64,000 nucleotides of DNA from NCBI GenBank assembly GCA_965261395.1, contig OZ253462.1, positions 1,632,001-1,696,000 on the forward strand, given 5' to 3'. Origin of the DNA: Candidatus Latescibacterota bacterium (lineage in GTDB: Bacteria > Latescibacterota > UBA2968 > UBA8231). Shown here piece after piece: positions 28,816-39,165 of the stretch. The translations under genes and the position numbers were made by a program. Under the pieces are notes generated by a model, which did not search any database, was not told the origin of the DNA, and saw only the letters and a program-made list of their open reading frames with translations. The first letter of the stretch is position 1; the number at the start of each line of letters is the position of its first letter.

Positions 28816-29316
28816 ATGACACCTCGCGAGGGCCTAATTGACATTAAACGCCTTGCAGCCGATGAGGGGCTGCGTCTACGCACGATCCGGTTGCGGGCTC
28901 TGGCCGATGCGCCTGACGCCTTTGGCAGTACCTATGACGAGGCCGCTGCCCGGCCGCTGGACAGTTGGGCGGCGCAACTCCAAGAGATCGCCACCTTCGT
29001 AGCGGTTGTGGATGGAGAGGACGTGGGCCTAGTGCGGGGCGCGCTCGATGACTTACAACCTGACGCCGCTTGGCTGATTTCGATGTGGGTGTCCCCAGAG
29101 GTCAGAGGACAAGGCGTGGGCGAAGCGCTCATTGACGCCGTCGTTGGGTGGGCGCGGGTCAGTGGCGCTCGGCGGGTGTTATTGGATGTCGGAGACCATA
29201 ATCAGCCGGCCATCGCCCTGTATGCTCGCAAGGGCTTCAAGCCCAACGGGACAATTGGTTCTCTGCCGACGCCACGAAGCCATATTCGCGAGCATCAACG
29301 AGAGTTGCAGCTCTAA
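28816..29316 (+). CDS. GNAT acetyltransferase
   Basis: SMWVSPEVRGQGVG, NQPAIALYARKGF. Confidence 0.9.
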   Translation: MTPREGLIDIKRLAADEGLRLRTIRLRALADAPDAFGSTYDEAAARPLDSWAAQLQEIATFVAVVDGEDVGLVRGALDDLQPDAAWLISMWVSPEVRGQGVGEALIDAVVGWARVSGARRVLLDVGDHNQPAIALYARKGFKPNGTIGSLPTPRSHIREHQRELQL

Positions 29317-29334
29317 CTAAAAAAGGGCCTTTCC

Positions 29335-30075
29335 TCACTCAATCTCATACACCACAGTGACATTCACGGTGACAGTGAGTTCACCTGCGACAATGGGAGT
29401 GGAAGTACGCGCGGCATCATCAAAGTCTGCTTCTGCAGTCGCAAACGGGATTGGCGGACCTTCGAAATAGGTACTTTCAGTGATAGTAATAGGTTCTCCT
29501 AGCGTTACACCGCTTGCTTCCGCTAAGGTTTGTGCTTTCGCTTCAGCATCCTTTACCGCCAAACTACGTGCCTGGGTTTGTAATGGTGTGGTATCATCAA
29601 TCATAAATTGAATAGAGTTAATGACGATGCTATTCCCTCCCGCTGCGGCAGCAGCATCCATGACATCGCTGAGGGTTGCCAATTCTCGGATCTTCGCCCG
29701 AACGGTGTTGTTCACTCTGTAGCCACGAAGTATGCGCCCATCGTCTGTATAGTCGTACTGGGGATAGATACTGAAATTCTCAGTTTTAATGTCTTTTTCA
29801 GCAACGTTGTTCGCTTTCAGAGAAGCGATTAACGCTGTCATCGCACTCGCAGCTTCTTCACGTGCCTCTGCGACGGTCTCTTTCTCAACAGACACACCTA
29901 AATCGAGCGTTGCAATATCTGGTTCACCAGTAACTGAACCGCTCCCGGTCACATAGATAGTTCTGTCAGTCGCTGGGGAAGATAATACCTCCGAGGCAAT
30001 ATTCACATCACAGGCAGTGAGGGCTAAAATCAGCAATGTGCCGATCGCTAAAAACCAATAATTGCATCTTTTCAT
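29335..30075 (-). CDS. SIMPL (DUF541) family lipoprotein
   Basis: GGAGG RBS, lipobox LTAC, VTGSGSVTGEPDIA, YPQYDY, V.V.V.YEI. Confidence 0.88.
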   Translation of the reverse strand: MKRCNYWFLAIGTLLILALTACDVNIASEVLSSPATDRTIYVTGSGSVTGEPDIATLDLGVSVEKETVAEAREEAASAMTALIASLKANNVAEKDIKTENFSIYPQYDYTDDGRILRGYRVNNTVRAKIRELATLSDVMDAAAAAGGNSIVINSIQFMIDDTTPLQTQARSLAVKDAEAKAQTLAEASGVTLGEPITITESTYFEGPPIPFATAEADFDDAARTSTPIVAGELTVTVNVTVVYEIE

Positions 30076-30153
30076 TTTTCCTCCTATAAATCTCGACGAA
30101 AACAAGCCCTGGCCGCCAACGGGCCGGCCCAGTCGGCCACAGACGCCACCCAA

Positions 30154-30213
30154 AGGCCGCGCCAAAGACACCTTGTACCGCTTGACCTGACCCCCTAAAA
30201 GGCCCTTTATAAT
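30154..30213 (+). repeat. Dispersed ~55-nt intergenic repeat, copy A
   Basis: AGGCCGC.CCAAA.ACACC...ACCGCTTGACCTGACC.CCTAAA(A)GGCCCTTT, shared with 35225-35277. Confidence 0.8.
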
Positions 30214-30329
30214 TCCTAAGTGAGGCTTTTTATTTATACCCCAATCTCTTTATCCCCCAGTGGATTGTCAATGATACTTGCTAGTGAACTATTCAGCAAT
30301 AGTGAACGGCTCACGGAAGGAGATTATTA

Positions 30330-31175
30330 ATGGCGTACAAGTTTCAGCCGGGCGTGATGTACCTCATGCCCACTCACTTCGGACCGGTGACGGGACCGCG
30401 GCGCGGCCCCGACGGCAAGGGCTATGCCTGCATCGACACCCCCAAGAGCACCAGCTACTCGGTCAGCTTCCTGACCAACGCCGCACAGCTCGAGGAGCTG
30501 CTGCCGGAGGGGTTCACGCTGCACGGCGAGCCAGTGGTGACGGTGTACCAGACCCACATGAAGGAGATCGAGTGGTTGGCCGGACGCGGCTACAACATGA
30601 TGGGCGTAACCTTTCCGGTGACCTACACCGGCAAGCGCGACCGCGCAATGGGACTGTTGCTGACCGTCCTGTGGGAGAACATGACCGAGCCGATCCTCAC
30701 CGGCCGGGAACAGCTCGGGTTCTCGAAGATCTACTGTGAGCTGCCGGACCCGGCAGTGTGCCGGGGCGAGACCCACGTCACAGCGCACTGGCAGGGGTTT
30801 CGCTTCCTCGACATGAAGCTGACCAACATGCGTGAGGTAGCGCCCGCCGACTATCCGGCGCCGACAGCGCCGCGCACCGACGGCGTGCTGACTGGGCATC
30901 TCCATTACAAGTACATCCCCCGCACCGGCCACTGGGGCGAAGCGGACGTGGCCTCCGCCTGCCTTACCCCGGCGGAGGGCAGCAACAGCCGCCTGACCGG
31001 GTTGTGGACGGGTGACGGGACGGTCGAATTTCACCCGGCGCGCTGGGAGGACATGCCGACCCAGTACATGATTGTCAACGCGTTCCACAACCTAGAGATC
31101 AAGGAATTCCGCGGCGGCACCATCAGCAAGACCGTGGGCAGCAAGGATCTCAGCGACCAGCGCATGCTGGTGTAG
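30330..31175 (+). CDS. Acetoacetate decarboxylase family protein
   Basis: YLMPTHFGP, WLAGRGYN, VLWEN..PILTGREQLGFSKIY (Schiff-base Lys region). Confidence 0.8.
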   Translation: MAYKFQPGVMYLMPTHFGPVTGPRRGPDGKGYACIDTPKSTSYSVSFLTNAAQLEELLPEGFTLHGEPVVTVYQTHMKEIEWLAGRGYNMMGVTFPVTYTGKRDRAMGLLLTVLWENMTEPILTGREQLGFSKIYCELPDPAVCRGETHVTAHWQGFRFLDMKLTNMREVAPADYPAPTAPRTDGVLTGHLHYKYIPRTGHWGEADVASACLTPAEGSNSRLTGLWTGDGTVEFHPARWEDMPTQYMIVNAFHNLEIKEFRGGTISKTVGSKDLSDQRMLV

Positions 31176-31193
31176 GGCCGCGGGAAAAGCGCT

Positions 31194-31589
31194 GTGAGGG
31201 GGCTGGATACCAATGTGCTGGTGCGCTATCTGGTGCAGGACGATGCGGCCCAAGCGCGGCGCGCGGTAAAAGAGATCGAAGCGGGATCGGATGCGGGCGA
31301 GATCTATTTTATTGCCGATGTCGTCGTCTGCGAACTGGTGTGGGTGCTCGATCGGGCCTATGGATACAGCCGGGCGCAGATTGGCGGCGCGCTGGAGGGC
31401 ATTTTACAGACGCGCTCATTTCATTTTGTCGACAAAGATCTGCTCTGGCAGGGGCTGGGCGATTACAAAAAGGGCAGGGGTGACTTTGCCGATTATGTGA
31501 TTGGGCGCGTGGGCGAAAAGTCCGGGTGCGAAAAAACGCTAGGTTTTGATCGCGCTTTAAAAGGCGATGTACGATTTGAAGTGCTTTAG
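31194..31589 (+). CDS. PIN-domain VapC-like toxin
   Basis: GLDTNVLVRYL, ELVWVL, DFADY, FDR. Confidence 0.88.
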   Translation: MRGLDTNVLVRYLVQDDAAQARRAVKEIEAGSDAGEIYFIADVVVCELVWVLDRAYGYSRAQIGGALEGILQTRSFHFVDKDLLWQGLGDYKKGRGDFADYVIGRVGEKSGCEKTLGFDRALKGDVRFEVL

Positions 31590-31901
31590 GGAAATCCGCA
31601 TGGTATGGTATGGGGAGATTAGTCGCCAAAAATCCAAATGAAAGTCTCTGAATTGGAATTGGTCAGTCGGATGTTCTAAGAGATACCGGGGCAGGGGTAG
31701 CACATGAGGCCATCTCAGCGAAAGTAATTCGCAGGATATGGGAGAGCGATTCCTATCTTGAGTCCGCGATGCGAGCCTACCGAGACTGGGAATGTGATGA
31801 ACTACTGAGTTGAGCAGCAAACCAATCCAAGGACTGCTCCCCCACGTCGGCAAAGGCATACCGAAACTGTGCAAAATTTAGTCTATAGCGAGGAATATCT
31901 C

Positions 31902-32723
31902 ATGTCACTCCACGAACCCTTTACAGAAGAAGAACTATCGCCGATTCTCGAAGACTTTTACAAAAACGGTGCGACCATCATCCGCAACGTCTTATCCCGG
32001 GAAGAATGCGAGCAAATATGCAGACGCGTCGACCAGATCTTCGCCGAACCCTATTTCGCCGAAATGCGGAATGTAAAAATAAGGCCAGAGCTCGATGACA
32101 AAGCGCCCATCGTTGTACATCGGCTATTTGAATGCGACCGGATGTTCCGCGATCTGCTCGTGCGCGAGCCTATCATATCTATTGCCGAAACAGTCCTCGG
32201 CCCACAGTGCCATTGCATGGCGCAGGGATGCATCTTGAACCGCAGGGATCTGGGTATTAACCGCTTTCACGTAGATGACAGCCTGGAATTTCCAATTGCG
32301 GACGACAATATCAGCCGTCATGACAGGCGTCTGCAGATGCCCGTTTTTCGCATGTCGTTCCAGATCGCCCTGACAGACCAGGACGAAGACCAGTATGGCC
32401 CCAGCCAATTCGTGCCGGGCAGCCACTATGCGGGCAGACAACCCAACGATCCAGAAAATCCAACCTTCGATGGCCAAGGCCCCACGTCCCTGCTCATGCA
32501 AGCAGGTGACCTCTACCTCCTCAGTAGCCAAACCTGGCATCGCGGTGTCCCCAATACATCGGATCGCGTCCGCTACCTCTTTCATCAGGTCTATGGTCAG
32601 CGTTTCGTCGCCCAGCGATTCTGGCCCTATCTCAACTATCACATGCCCGATTACGTCCTCGAAGACGCCGACGAACGCCTCCTGCGCGTTCTCGGGAAAC
32701 ACCCCGAAATGGCCTATGGATAA
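31902..32723 (+). CDS. Phytanoyl-CoA dioxygenase (PhyH) family
   Basis: HVD, VPGSH, AGD, WHRG. Confidence 0.88.
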   Translation: MSLHEPFTEEELSPILEDFYKNGATIIRNVLSREECEQICRRVDQIFAEPYFAEMRNVKIRPELDDKAPIVVHRLFECDRMFRDLLVREPIISIAETVLGPQCHCMAQGCILNRRDLGINRFHVDDSLEFPIADDNISRHDRRLQMPVFRMSFQIALTDQDEDQYGPSQFVPGSHYAGRQPNDPENPTFDGQGPTSLLMQAGDLYLLSSQTWHRGVPNTSDRVRYLFHQVYGQRFVAQRFWPYLNYHMPDYVLEDADERLLRVLGKHPEMAYG

Positions 32724-32770
32724 GCCGCCACGCAACATTAGGCGTAAAATTCACTTGAAAGGGGATATAG

Positions 32771-33558
32771 ATGCTTACCGAAAAGCAGGTTGAAGCGTAT
32801 AAACGCGATGGTTATGTCAAAGCCGAAGGGCTTTTACCCCGGACGAGGTTGAGGAATTTGGGTCAGCAATGAACTGGATTATCAAAGAATGGTGGGGCGA
32901 AGAGAGCATGGGCTGGCGTGGACCGTGGCGTGACGAGTATTTGTCTGAAGCAGAGCGCAAGAATACCAAAGCGGTATTTATCGGCAATCCGCAATTCTAT
33001 TCCGCGGCGTGGGGACGGATTATCTTCCACGAGGGGCTTGTCGGGTGTCTCCAAACCCTGATCGGCCCCGCCGTTCAGTGGCACCACACAATTTTGCACG
33101 GCAAGCCGCCGGAGTTAGGCACCCCGTTCCCGATGCATCAGGACTATCCGTTTTACCCGCACGACGGTCCAGATTTTGTCGATTGCCTCGTTCACCTTGA
33201 TGATACGCCCCTTGATAGTGGATGTCTGCATGTCGTTCCCGGCAGCCACAAGAACGGGCCGCTCGAACACATCACAGGTGAACATACCCGTCCCTATCTC
33301 CCGACAGAGCAATACCATCCCGACAAAGTAGAGACAGTCCCTATCCCCGCAAAGGCTGGAGACGTGATCTTCTTCAGCTATCTCACGATTCACTGGTCCA
33401 ACGTCAACAGGACCGACAAATGGCGAAAGTCGGTGCGTATTGGCTATCACGCACCACAGATGCACCCGCTTGGAATGGATGCAACACAGCCTAACCATAA
33501 GATCATGGCTGGCGGTTTGAAAAATAGGGGGCAGGAGCCGAAGGTGACGTACCGTTGA
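32771..33558 (+). pseudogene. PhyH family gene with a 1-nt deletion near 32832
   Basis: MLTEKQVEAYKRDGYVKAEGL joins FTPDEVEEFGSAMNW...HQD...VPGSH...IHWS only if one T is added to the T4 run. Confidence 0.8.
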
Positions 33559-33587
33559 GTTGAACAATGTATTTTTTCTAAAAGAAA

Positions 33588-35069
33588 TCACTGCGGCGTC
33601 ACGTCTCCCGCAAAGGGTCCGTACATGCCCTTCCCCCATTCGATCCGCGCCGTTTCCACATTTGCGACAACTTTGGGATCGGCCGGCGCGGATGCGATCT
33701 CTGCACCATCCTGGGCAATCGCGATCCGGTCACCATCAGCGATGAACTCAAGTGTGGTTTCTCCCTCTCTCCAAGCCACTGGACCCGCGACGCATCCCGG
33801 CTTGCGCAGCCGGTGCACCGTCCGATACTCGTTCCAGACCTCGTCGTCGTGCAGAAACTCCATTCTCATGTCCCGTTCCGAACACCCCTTCGCGCTTGTC
33901 GAGATGAAGAGCGAATCATCCATCGGGACCATACCCGTTGTTCGATTGCCCCAGCCGTTCCAGACGACCTCCTCGCCGTGAATCTCGTTGTAGCCGACGA
34001 CCCGATCTTCCCAAGGGTGGTTCATCTCATCCGTGATTGCAGGATGCTCGAACATCCTGCGGACAAAGTGCCATTCGTCACCGTGGCGATCGTAGCGCCA
34101 TAACTCGGCCCACGGCCAAATCCCCACGTATATATCTCCTCCGAACAGGCAGATCGTCTGCGCCTCGCGGACGGCGGTTGAAACACCGGGCATCACCGGC
34201 GGCCAATCCTCCAGGTGACGTAGCGCCGTCCCCTTTTTCGCGTATTCCAAGAGGTTCCCGGTCGGATAATGGCCGATCAGCATTCGATCGTACCAGTCCA
34301 ACATCGAATAGAGCTGGTGACTGATGCCCTTCTGCGACTGGCGAATGATCCTCCACGCCGAGCCGTCGAAGGCATAGACTCCTCCGACGTTCGAGGACTG
34401 AATGGTCTCGTCACCTAGTTGCCCGGCGGAGAAAGAGGTTTCGCCCGCGTAGCGAAGATCCAGCGTGATCGCCTTGTCCAGATCGAGCGGACCATCGCCC
34501 GACCGCCAGGGAACCGCATGAAGCTTGCTCCATTCGGGGTCGTTGTTCTGATAGAAGACGAGATGGCCGTGGGAGTAATAGAAATGGTGGTAATGGCCCT
34601 CGTCGGGCTTCATCAGGATCTTCGCACCGTCGTACCATGCCTCGCCGCCCTTGAACTGAAGCAGTTTTCCGGCCAGACGCATCATCCCCTCGCCGCTTGT
34701 CGTCTCCTTGACGCCAAACCTTTCATCGACAACCCAAGTCTTGGATTGGTCATCGTACCATCGCGCGGTGCGATCGAGATGATTACTGAACTGGTAAACC
34801 TTGCCGTCAAGGTCGAACAGATAGTTGCCACCGTCGTCGGATGGAAACGGCAACTTCTCGTAAGTCACCTCTCCACCGTCGTGACGAACGAAAAACTGCA
34901 GCGTCCATCGGTCCATGCGGAAGTGCGTGTTGAAAAGCCCCATGAACCCCGCGCCAAACAGCACCTGACCGTCGCTATCTCGGGCTTCAAACACGGTCCC
35001 TATGTTCTGCCCGAGATCTTCCCCGAAGTTCACCTTCGCAGTGATCTGCATGCCTATCCTCGTACTCAT
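33588..35069 (-). CDS. Hypothetical protein, probably beta-propeller-like
   Basis: 493-aa ORF with GAGG RBS and coding-like bias; aromatic, beta-rich repeats. No motif recognised. Confidence 0.7.
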   Translation of the reverse strand: MSTRIGMQITAKVNFGEDLGQNIGTVFEARDSDGQVLFGAGFMGLFNTHFRMDRWTLQFFVRHDGGEVTYEKLPFPSDDGGNYLFDLDGKVYQFSNHLDRTARWYDDQSKTWVVDERFGVKETTSGEGMMRLAGKLLQFKGGEAWYDGAKILMKPDEGHYHHFYYSHGHLVFYQNNDPEWSKLHAVPWRSGDGPLDLDKAITLDLRYAGETSFSAGQLGDETIQSSNVGGVYAFDGSAWRIIRQSQKGISHQLYSMLDWYDRMLIGHYPTGNLLEYAKKGTALRHLEDWPPVMPGVSTAVREAQTICLFGGDIYVGIWPWAELWRYDRHGDEWHFVRRMFEHPAITDEMNHPWEDRVVGYNEIHGEEVVWNGWGNRTTGMVPMDDSLFISTSAKGCSERDMRMEFLHDDEVWNEYRTVHRLRKPGCVAGPVAWREGETTLEFIADGDRIAIAQDGAEIASAPADPKVVANVETARIEWGKGMYGPFAGDVTPQ

Positions 35070-35160
35070 CTAGCCTCTGGTTGTCACCCTGAGTGAAGAG
35101 GAGAGTACCTCTACGACTTTGGTGCGGATTGTTAAATTGTTAAGATGTATAGATGCATAG

Positions 35161-35277
35161 GGATTATAAAAGGCCTTTAGATGTGTGTCCAGCGGTGTAG
35201 TTGTCCTACGCCGTAACGCAAGCGAGGCCGCCCCAAAAACACCTACACCGCTTGACCTGACCTCCTAAAGGCCCTTT
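35161..35277. repeat. Two outward-facing copies (B, C) of the dispersed repeat, forming a long imperfect palindrome
   Basis: Reverse complement of 35161-35204 is ACAACTACACCGCTGGACACACATCTAAAGGCCTTTTATAATCCC; 35239-35277 is ACACCTACACCGCTTGACCTGACCTCCTAAAGGCCCTTT. Confidence 0.75.
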
Positions 35278-35280
35278 GGA

Positions 35281-36144
35281 ATGGAAAAATTCGCCAAACT
35301 CGGCTCCACCGACCTCAAGGTCAGTCGCCATGGATTCGGTGCGGCGCGCATCGGTGCCGGCGTTCCCCTCAACCAGATAGAGAGCCTGCTCGACAGCCTC
35401 ATCGATCTAGGCATCACCTTCATCGACACCGCTGACTGCTACGCCCGGAGCGAAGAACTCATCGGCCGCTATCTCGGCAACCGCATCGGCGAGTTCGTCA
35501 TAGCCACCAAGTGCGGCTGTATCACTGACGGCGATGAGGGAGAGGCGTATTCCCGCGCCGTTATCGAGCGCAGCATCGACCGGTCGCTCAAGCGGATGGG
35601 TCTCGAGTGTCTCGATCTCGTCTTCCTGCACACCTGTTCGGCCGAGATATTGCGCGCCGGCGAGGCGGCGGATGCCCTACTGCGGGCGCGCGACGCCGGC
35701 AAGGTGCGCTACCTAGGCTATAGCGGCGATGATGAAGATGCCATGCAGGCGATCTCGCTGGGGATTTTCGACGCGCTCCAGGTGACCTTCAACATCCTCA
35801 ATCAGGATGCTCTGGATGAGGTGCTGCCGGCAGCCGCAGGCACCGGCATGGGCGTGGTGGCCAAACGCCCTATTGCCAACGCTAGGCTGCTGCCCAAGGA
35901 CTCGCCGCATTATCACGCTGGTCCTTACTGGGATCCCGTGCGCTCCTTGCTGACGGATGAAGGGGCATGGGACGATCCGCTGGCGTATTCTTTGCGCTTT
36001 ACCTTGTCACATCCGGTGATCACTTCGGCCATCATCGGTACAACCGACCCCGTGCACGCGCGGGAGAACGCCAAACGAGCCCAGGCCGAACCGCTCTCGC
36101 CGCTGTTGCTAGATGCGCTCCACAAGCTGCGTCCGGGAGACTAA
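35281..36144 (+). CDS. Aldo/keto reductase
   Basis: FIDTADCY..SEELIG, IATKCG, SLKRM...LDLVFLH, GKVRYLG. Confidence 0.92.
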   Translation: MEKFAKLGSTDLKVSRHGFGAARIGAGVPLNQIESLLDSLIDLGITFIDTADCYARSEELIGRYLGNRIGEFVIATKCGCITDGDEGEAYSRAVIERSIDRSLKRMGLECLDLVFLHTCSAEILRAGEAADALLRARDAGKVRYLGYSGDDEDAMQAISLGIFDALQVTFNILNQDALDEVLPAAAGTGMGVVAKRPIANARLLPKDSPHYHAGPYWDPVRSLLTDEGAWDDPLAYSLRFTLSHPVITSAIIGTTDPVHARENAKRAQAEPLSPLLLDALHKLRPGD

Positions 36145-36148
36145 CTCA

Positions 36149-37736
36149 ATGCCGGTTCCCCCCGACTATCGAATCATCTACAACTGGGATGGCGCCCCCC
36201 ATGGATATTCTCCGGTGCCGCAGTCGCTGGAGGATTTTCTCGAAAAGGTGTATGCCCCCCTCGAAGACACCCAAGTCGGCGCCCTGTTCTGGAGCGCGGG
36301 CGGCCGGGGTTCACGCTGGCCCAGCGAGGTGGTGGAATTTATCGGCGACGCTCGGGAGCGTCCCTACTCCAGTGCCGCAGCATACAACGGTACTGAGAAC
36401 ATCCTGCAGATGTACGACCGCGGTGAAGATCCTCAGGAGGCCTTGATCGCGCGGGGGCACGAGCTCGGTCTCGATGTTTACGCCTCCGTGCGCATGAACG
36501 ACAACCATTTTGGCGGTGCCCAGGTCGCCGACCTGAACGCGCTGTACAAAGCACACCGCGTCGAAGCCTTGCGGCATGGGCACCCGGAGTGGGTGCTGGG
36601 GGAACGCACCTCGGAGTGGTTTGCCCTGTCCTGGAACATGGCAGTGCCCGAAATCAGACAGCATCGCTTCAATCACGTCGAAGAGATCTGCCGGCGTTAT
36701 GACTGGGATGGCGTCGAGCTCGACTGGCAGCGTCACGCCTTCCACTTCCCCGACGACGAAGGATACCGGCTGCGCTACCTGCTTACCGATTTGCAGCGAG
36801 CCATCCGCCAGATGACCGAGGCTCTTGGACGAGAGCGAGGCCGCCCCGTTTTCCTAGCGGCGCGAGTCTCTGGATCACTCGAGATGTGCCGCCGCATCGG
36901 TTACGACATCCCTACCTGGATCGAGGAGGGACTCGTCGATCTCCTCATTCCGGCGGGTAACGCCGTCACGGACGCCAGCATCGACGTCGCGGGGTTCGCA
37001 AAGCTGTGCGAGGGAACGGACGTCGCCGTCTATCCCGGCTTGGACAGCAATCTTCCCGATCCCTTCGTCGGCCCGGAAGAGCAGGATGAGAAGGATCGCC
37101 TGCGCACGCGCGCCATCGCCAGCCGCTATCACCGTGCGGGTGCTTCGGGCATATACGTCTTCAACTGGCACGCCAACCGCGACTCGAAGCGGCCGCTGCT
37201 GACGACGATAGGATCCCTTGAGACCCTTGGCCGCTACGGACAAGATCTACGCGGCCACCCATCGTTACATACAGCGAGAGGGGGCCTGGCGTGGTGCCTT
37301 CCGCATCGACCGGATCTACGGTCAGGTGCCGGTCGACCTCGTCAGGACGCTGACCGGGGAGGGGCCCACTGTCACGCTCGAGATCGCCGAGGATTTCGAT
37401 GCCCACATGCCAGCTTCGCTGCAGCTGCGACTGCGGGTGAACGAGTGGACGAACAGGGACTCAGTGCAGGTATGGTGGGACGGAGTGGAGCTCGAGCCAC
37501 CGCAGATCGACTATTGCAGGCTCGAGGATCCCTCGCCCCCTGGCGGAGCCTTTCAACCATTGCCGCGCTGGCGAGACCTAGCTGAAGTGAGCAGTGCGGT
37601 TTGGCTTAGCTGGAACTTCAGCGAGAGCGGAGTGTCGGCGGGTGAGCACGCGGTCCGACTCGCGGTGCAGGAACGCAATCCGCAAGTCGCAGCAGGCCTG
37701 ACCCTCACTGACGTCGAATTCGTCGTGCGGTACTAG
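36149..37736 (+). pseudogene. Glycoside-hydrolase-like (GHL10/DUF187-type) TIM-barrel gene with a 1-nt insertion near 37225
   Basis: RIIYNWDG, SVRMND, YDWDGVELDW, GIYVFN. ...SLET continues as LAATDKIY... in the 37218-37736 frame if one C is removed from CCC. Confidence 0.75.
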
Positions 37737-37786
37737 AATTTCGCAACCGCAAAGAGCCATTTCAACAGAGAGGGGGCGATCAGACT

Positions 37787-39040
37787 TTGAAGGTCACCGA
37801 TATCGACATCCACCGGGTAACGCTGCAGTACGACGAGGCCAGGGCCTATGAGCTCATTCACTACCACGACCTGACTCAGCGCACCATTTACGTCGCCCAC
37901 ACCGACAGCGGCCTGATCGGCCTGGGGGAGTCGGAGGGGGTCGAAAAACAGGAGGTGCTGGACCAGTACATCGGCTCGAATCCATTCGACTGGTTAGGCG
38001 ACGAGACCTCCCTCGGTTTGGGGACGGCGATGTACGACCTCATGGGTAAAGCCGCCGGCGTTCCCGTGTACAAGCTCTTCGGCCAGAAGTATCGCTCCTG
38101 GGTTGCTGTCGCGGCGTGGACGGTGAGCACGCATCCCGACCGCATGGCCAGAGCCGTGTTGGCCTACGCTAGGCAGGGCCACACGTGGATGAAGTTCCAT
38201 CTGTCCCCTTTCGAAAACGTGATCGATCAGACCGAGGCCATGCAGAAGGTGGCACCCAAGGGGTTCAAGCTGCACTACGATTTCACCATGCACGGCACCG
38301 AAGACTACATGCCGGGTTTGCTCGACAAACTGTCCGAATACGAGATCGCCGGCTGCTTCGAGGATCCTCTGCCCGGCGAGAACGTTGACGGTTACATAGA
38401 GTTGCGCCAGCGCTCGCGCCGGCCCATCGTACTGCACCACTTCCCGACCGGGGCCACCTATGAAGTCTATCGCCGACCTGCTGACGCATACATGCTGGGC
38501 CATGCAAAAATCGGCGACGCGGTGCGCAAGGCCGGCCTGTTCGCGGCCAGCGACAGCCCTTTCATGCTGCAGAACACGGGTAGCGACATCATCCGCGCCA
38601 TGAACGTCCACATGATGGCGGCCTTCCCCACAGCGAACTTCCACTTCGTCAACGCCACCACCGAAGTATCGAGCGAACGTTTCGTCACCGAACCCCTGAA
38701 TCCGATCAACGGCTTCATTCGCGTGCCCGAGCAACTAGGTCTCGGAGTCGAGTTGGACATGAATGAGGTGAAGCGCCTCGAGCAGATCCGGCCAAGGTCG
38801 AAACCGAAGTTCATCATCGTGTGCAAGTACGACAGTGGGGCGACCCTCTACACCCGCCCCGACCCTGAAAACCCGCATTTCATGGTCCGGCCGGACTGGA
38901 GCCGCACGTTGATGCCGGTGAGCTTCGTGGCGCCGTTGAAGACCGAGTACTGGGATGACGACGGCTCAGTGAACTTCAACGCCATGATGGCGCGTCTCGA
39001 GCGAGATGGGGCCGTTTTGGAAGGCGGCGACGAAGGCTGA
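37787..39040 (+). CDS. Enolase superfamily (mandelate racemase/MLE-like) protein
   Basis: TDSGLIGLGE, AMYDLMGKAAGVPVYKLFG, FEDP, PEQLGLGVELD. Confidence 0.88.
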   Translation: MKVTDIDIHRVTLQYDEARAYELIHYHDLTQRTIYVAHTDSGLIGLGESEGVEKQEVLDQYIGSNPFDWLGDETSLGLGTAMYDLMGKAAGVPVYKLFGQKYRSWVAVAAWTVSTHPDRMARAVLAYARQGHTWMKFHLSPFENVIDQTEAMQKVAPKGFKLHYDFTMHGTEDYMPGLLDKLSEYEIAGCFEDPLPGENVDGYIELRQRSRRPIVLHHFPTGATYEVYRRPADAYMLGHAKIGDAVRKAGLFAASDSPFMLQNTGSDIIRAMNVHMMAAFPTANFHFVNATTEVSSERFVTEPLNPINGFIRVPEQLGLGVELDMNEVKRLEQIRPRSKPKFIIVCKYDSGATLYTRPDPENPHFMVRPDWSRTLMPVSFVAPLKTEYWDDDGSVNFNAMMARLERDGAVLEGGDEG

Positions 39041-39165
39041 CACCAGCTGAAGCGCGGCACGACTGGTGCTGCGAGGCCGGCGCCGTCACTTTGGCCCTGC
39101 CCTCTTCCCAGTCGACACAGGTGCCCGCCTGCACCCGGTCGAAAGCAGCCTGTACGCGGATCAGC

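Noticed and set aside
29311-29334. attC site after the GNAT gene (CTCTAAC at the stop)
   Set aside because: No matching GTTRRRY or palindrome follows before the next gene.
31590-31900. Possible small gene or ncRNA in the intergenic gap
   Set aside because: Only broken frames; no recognisable RNA structure or motif.
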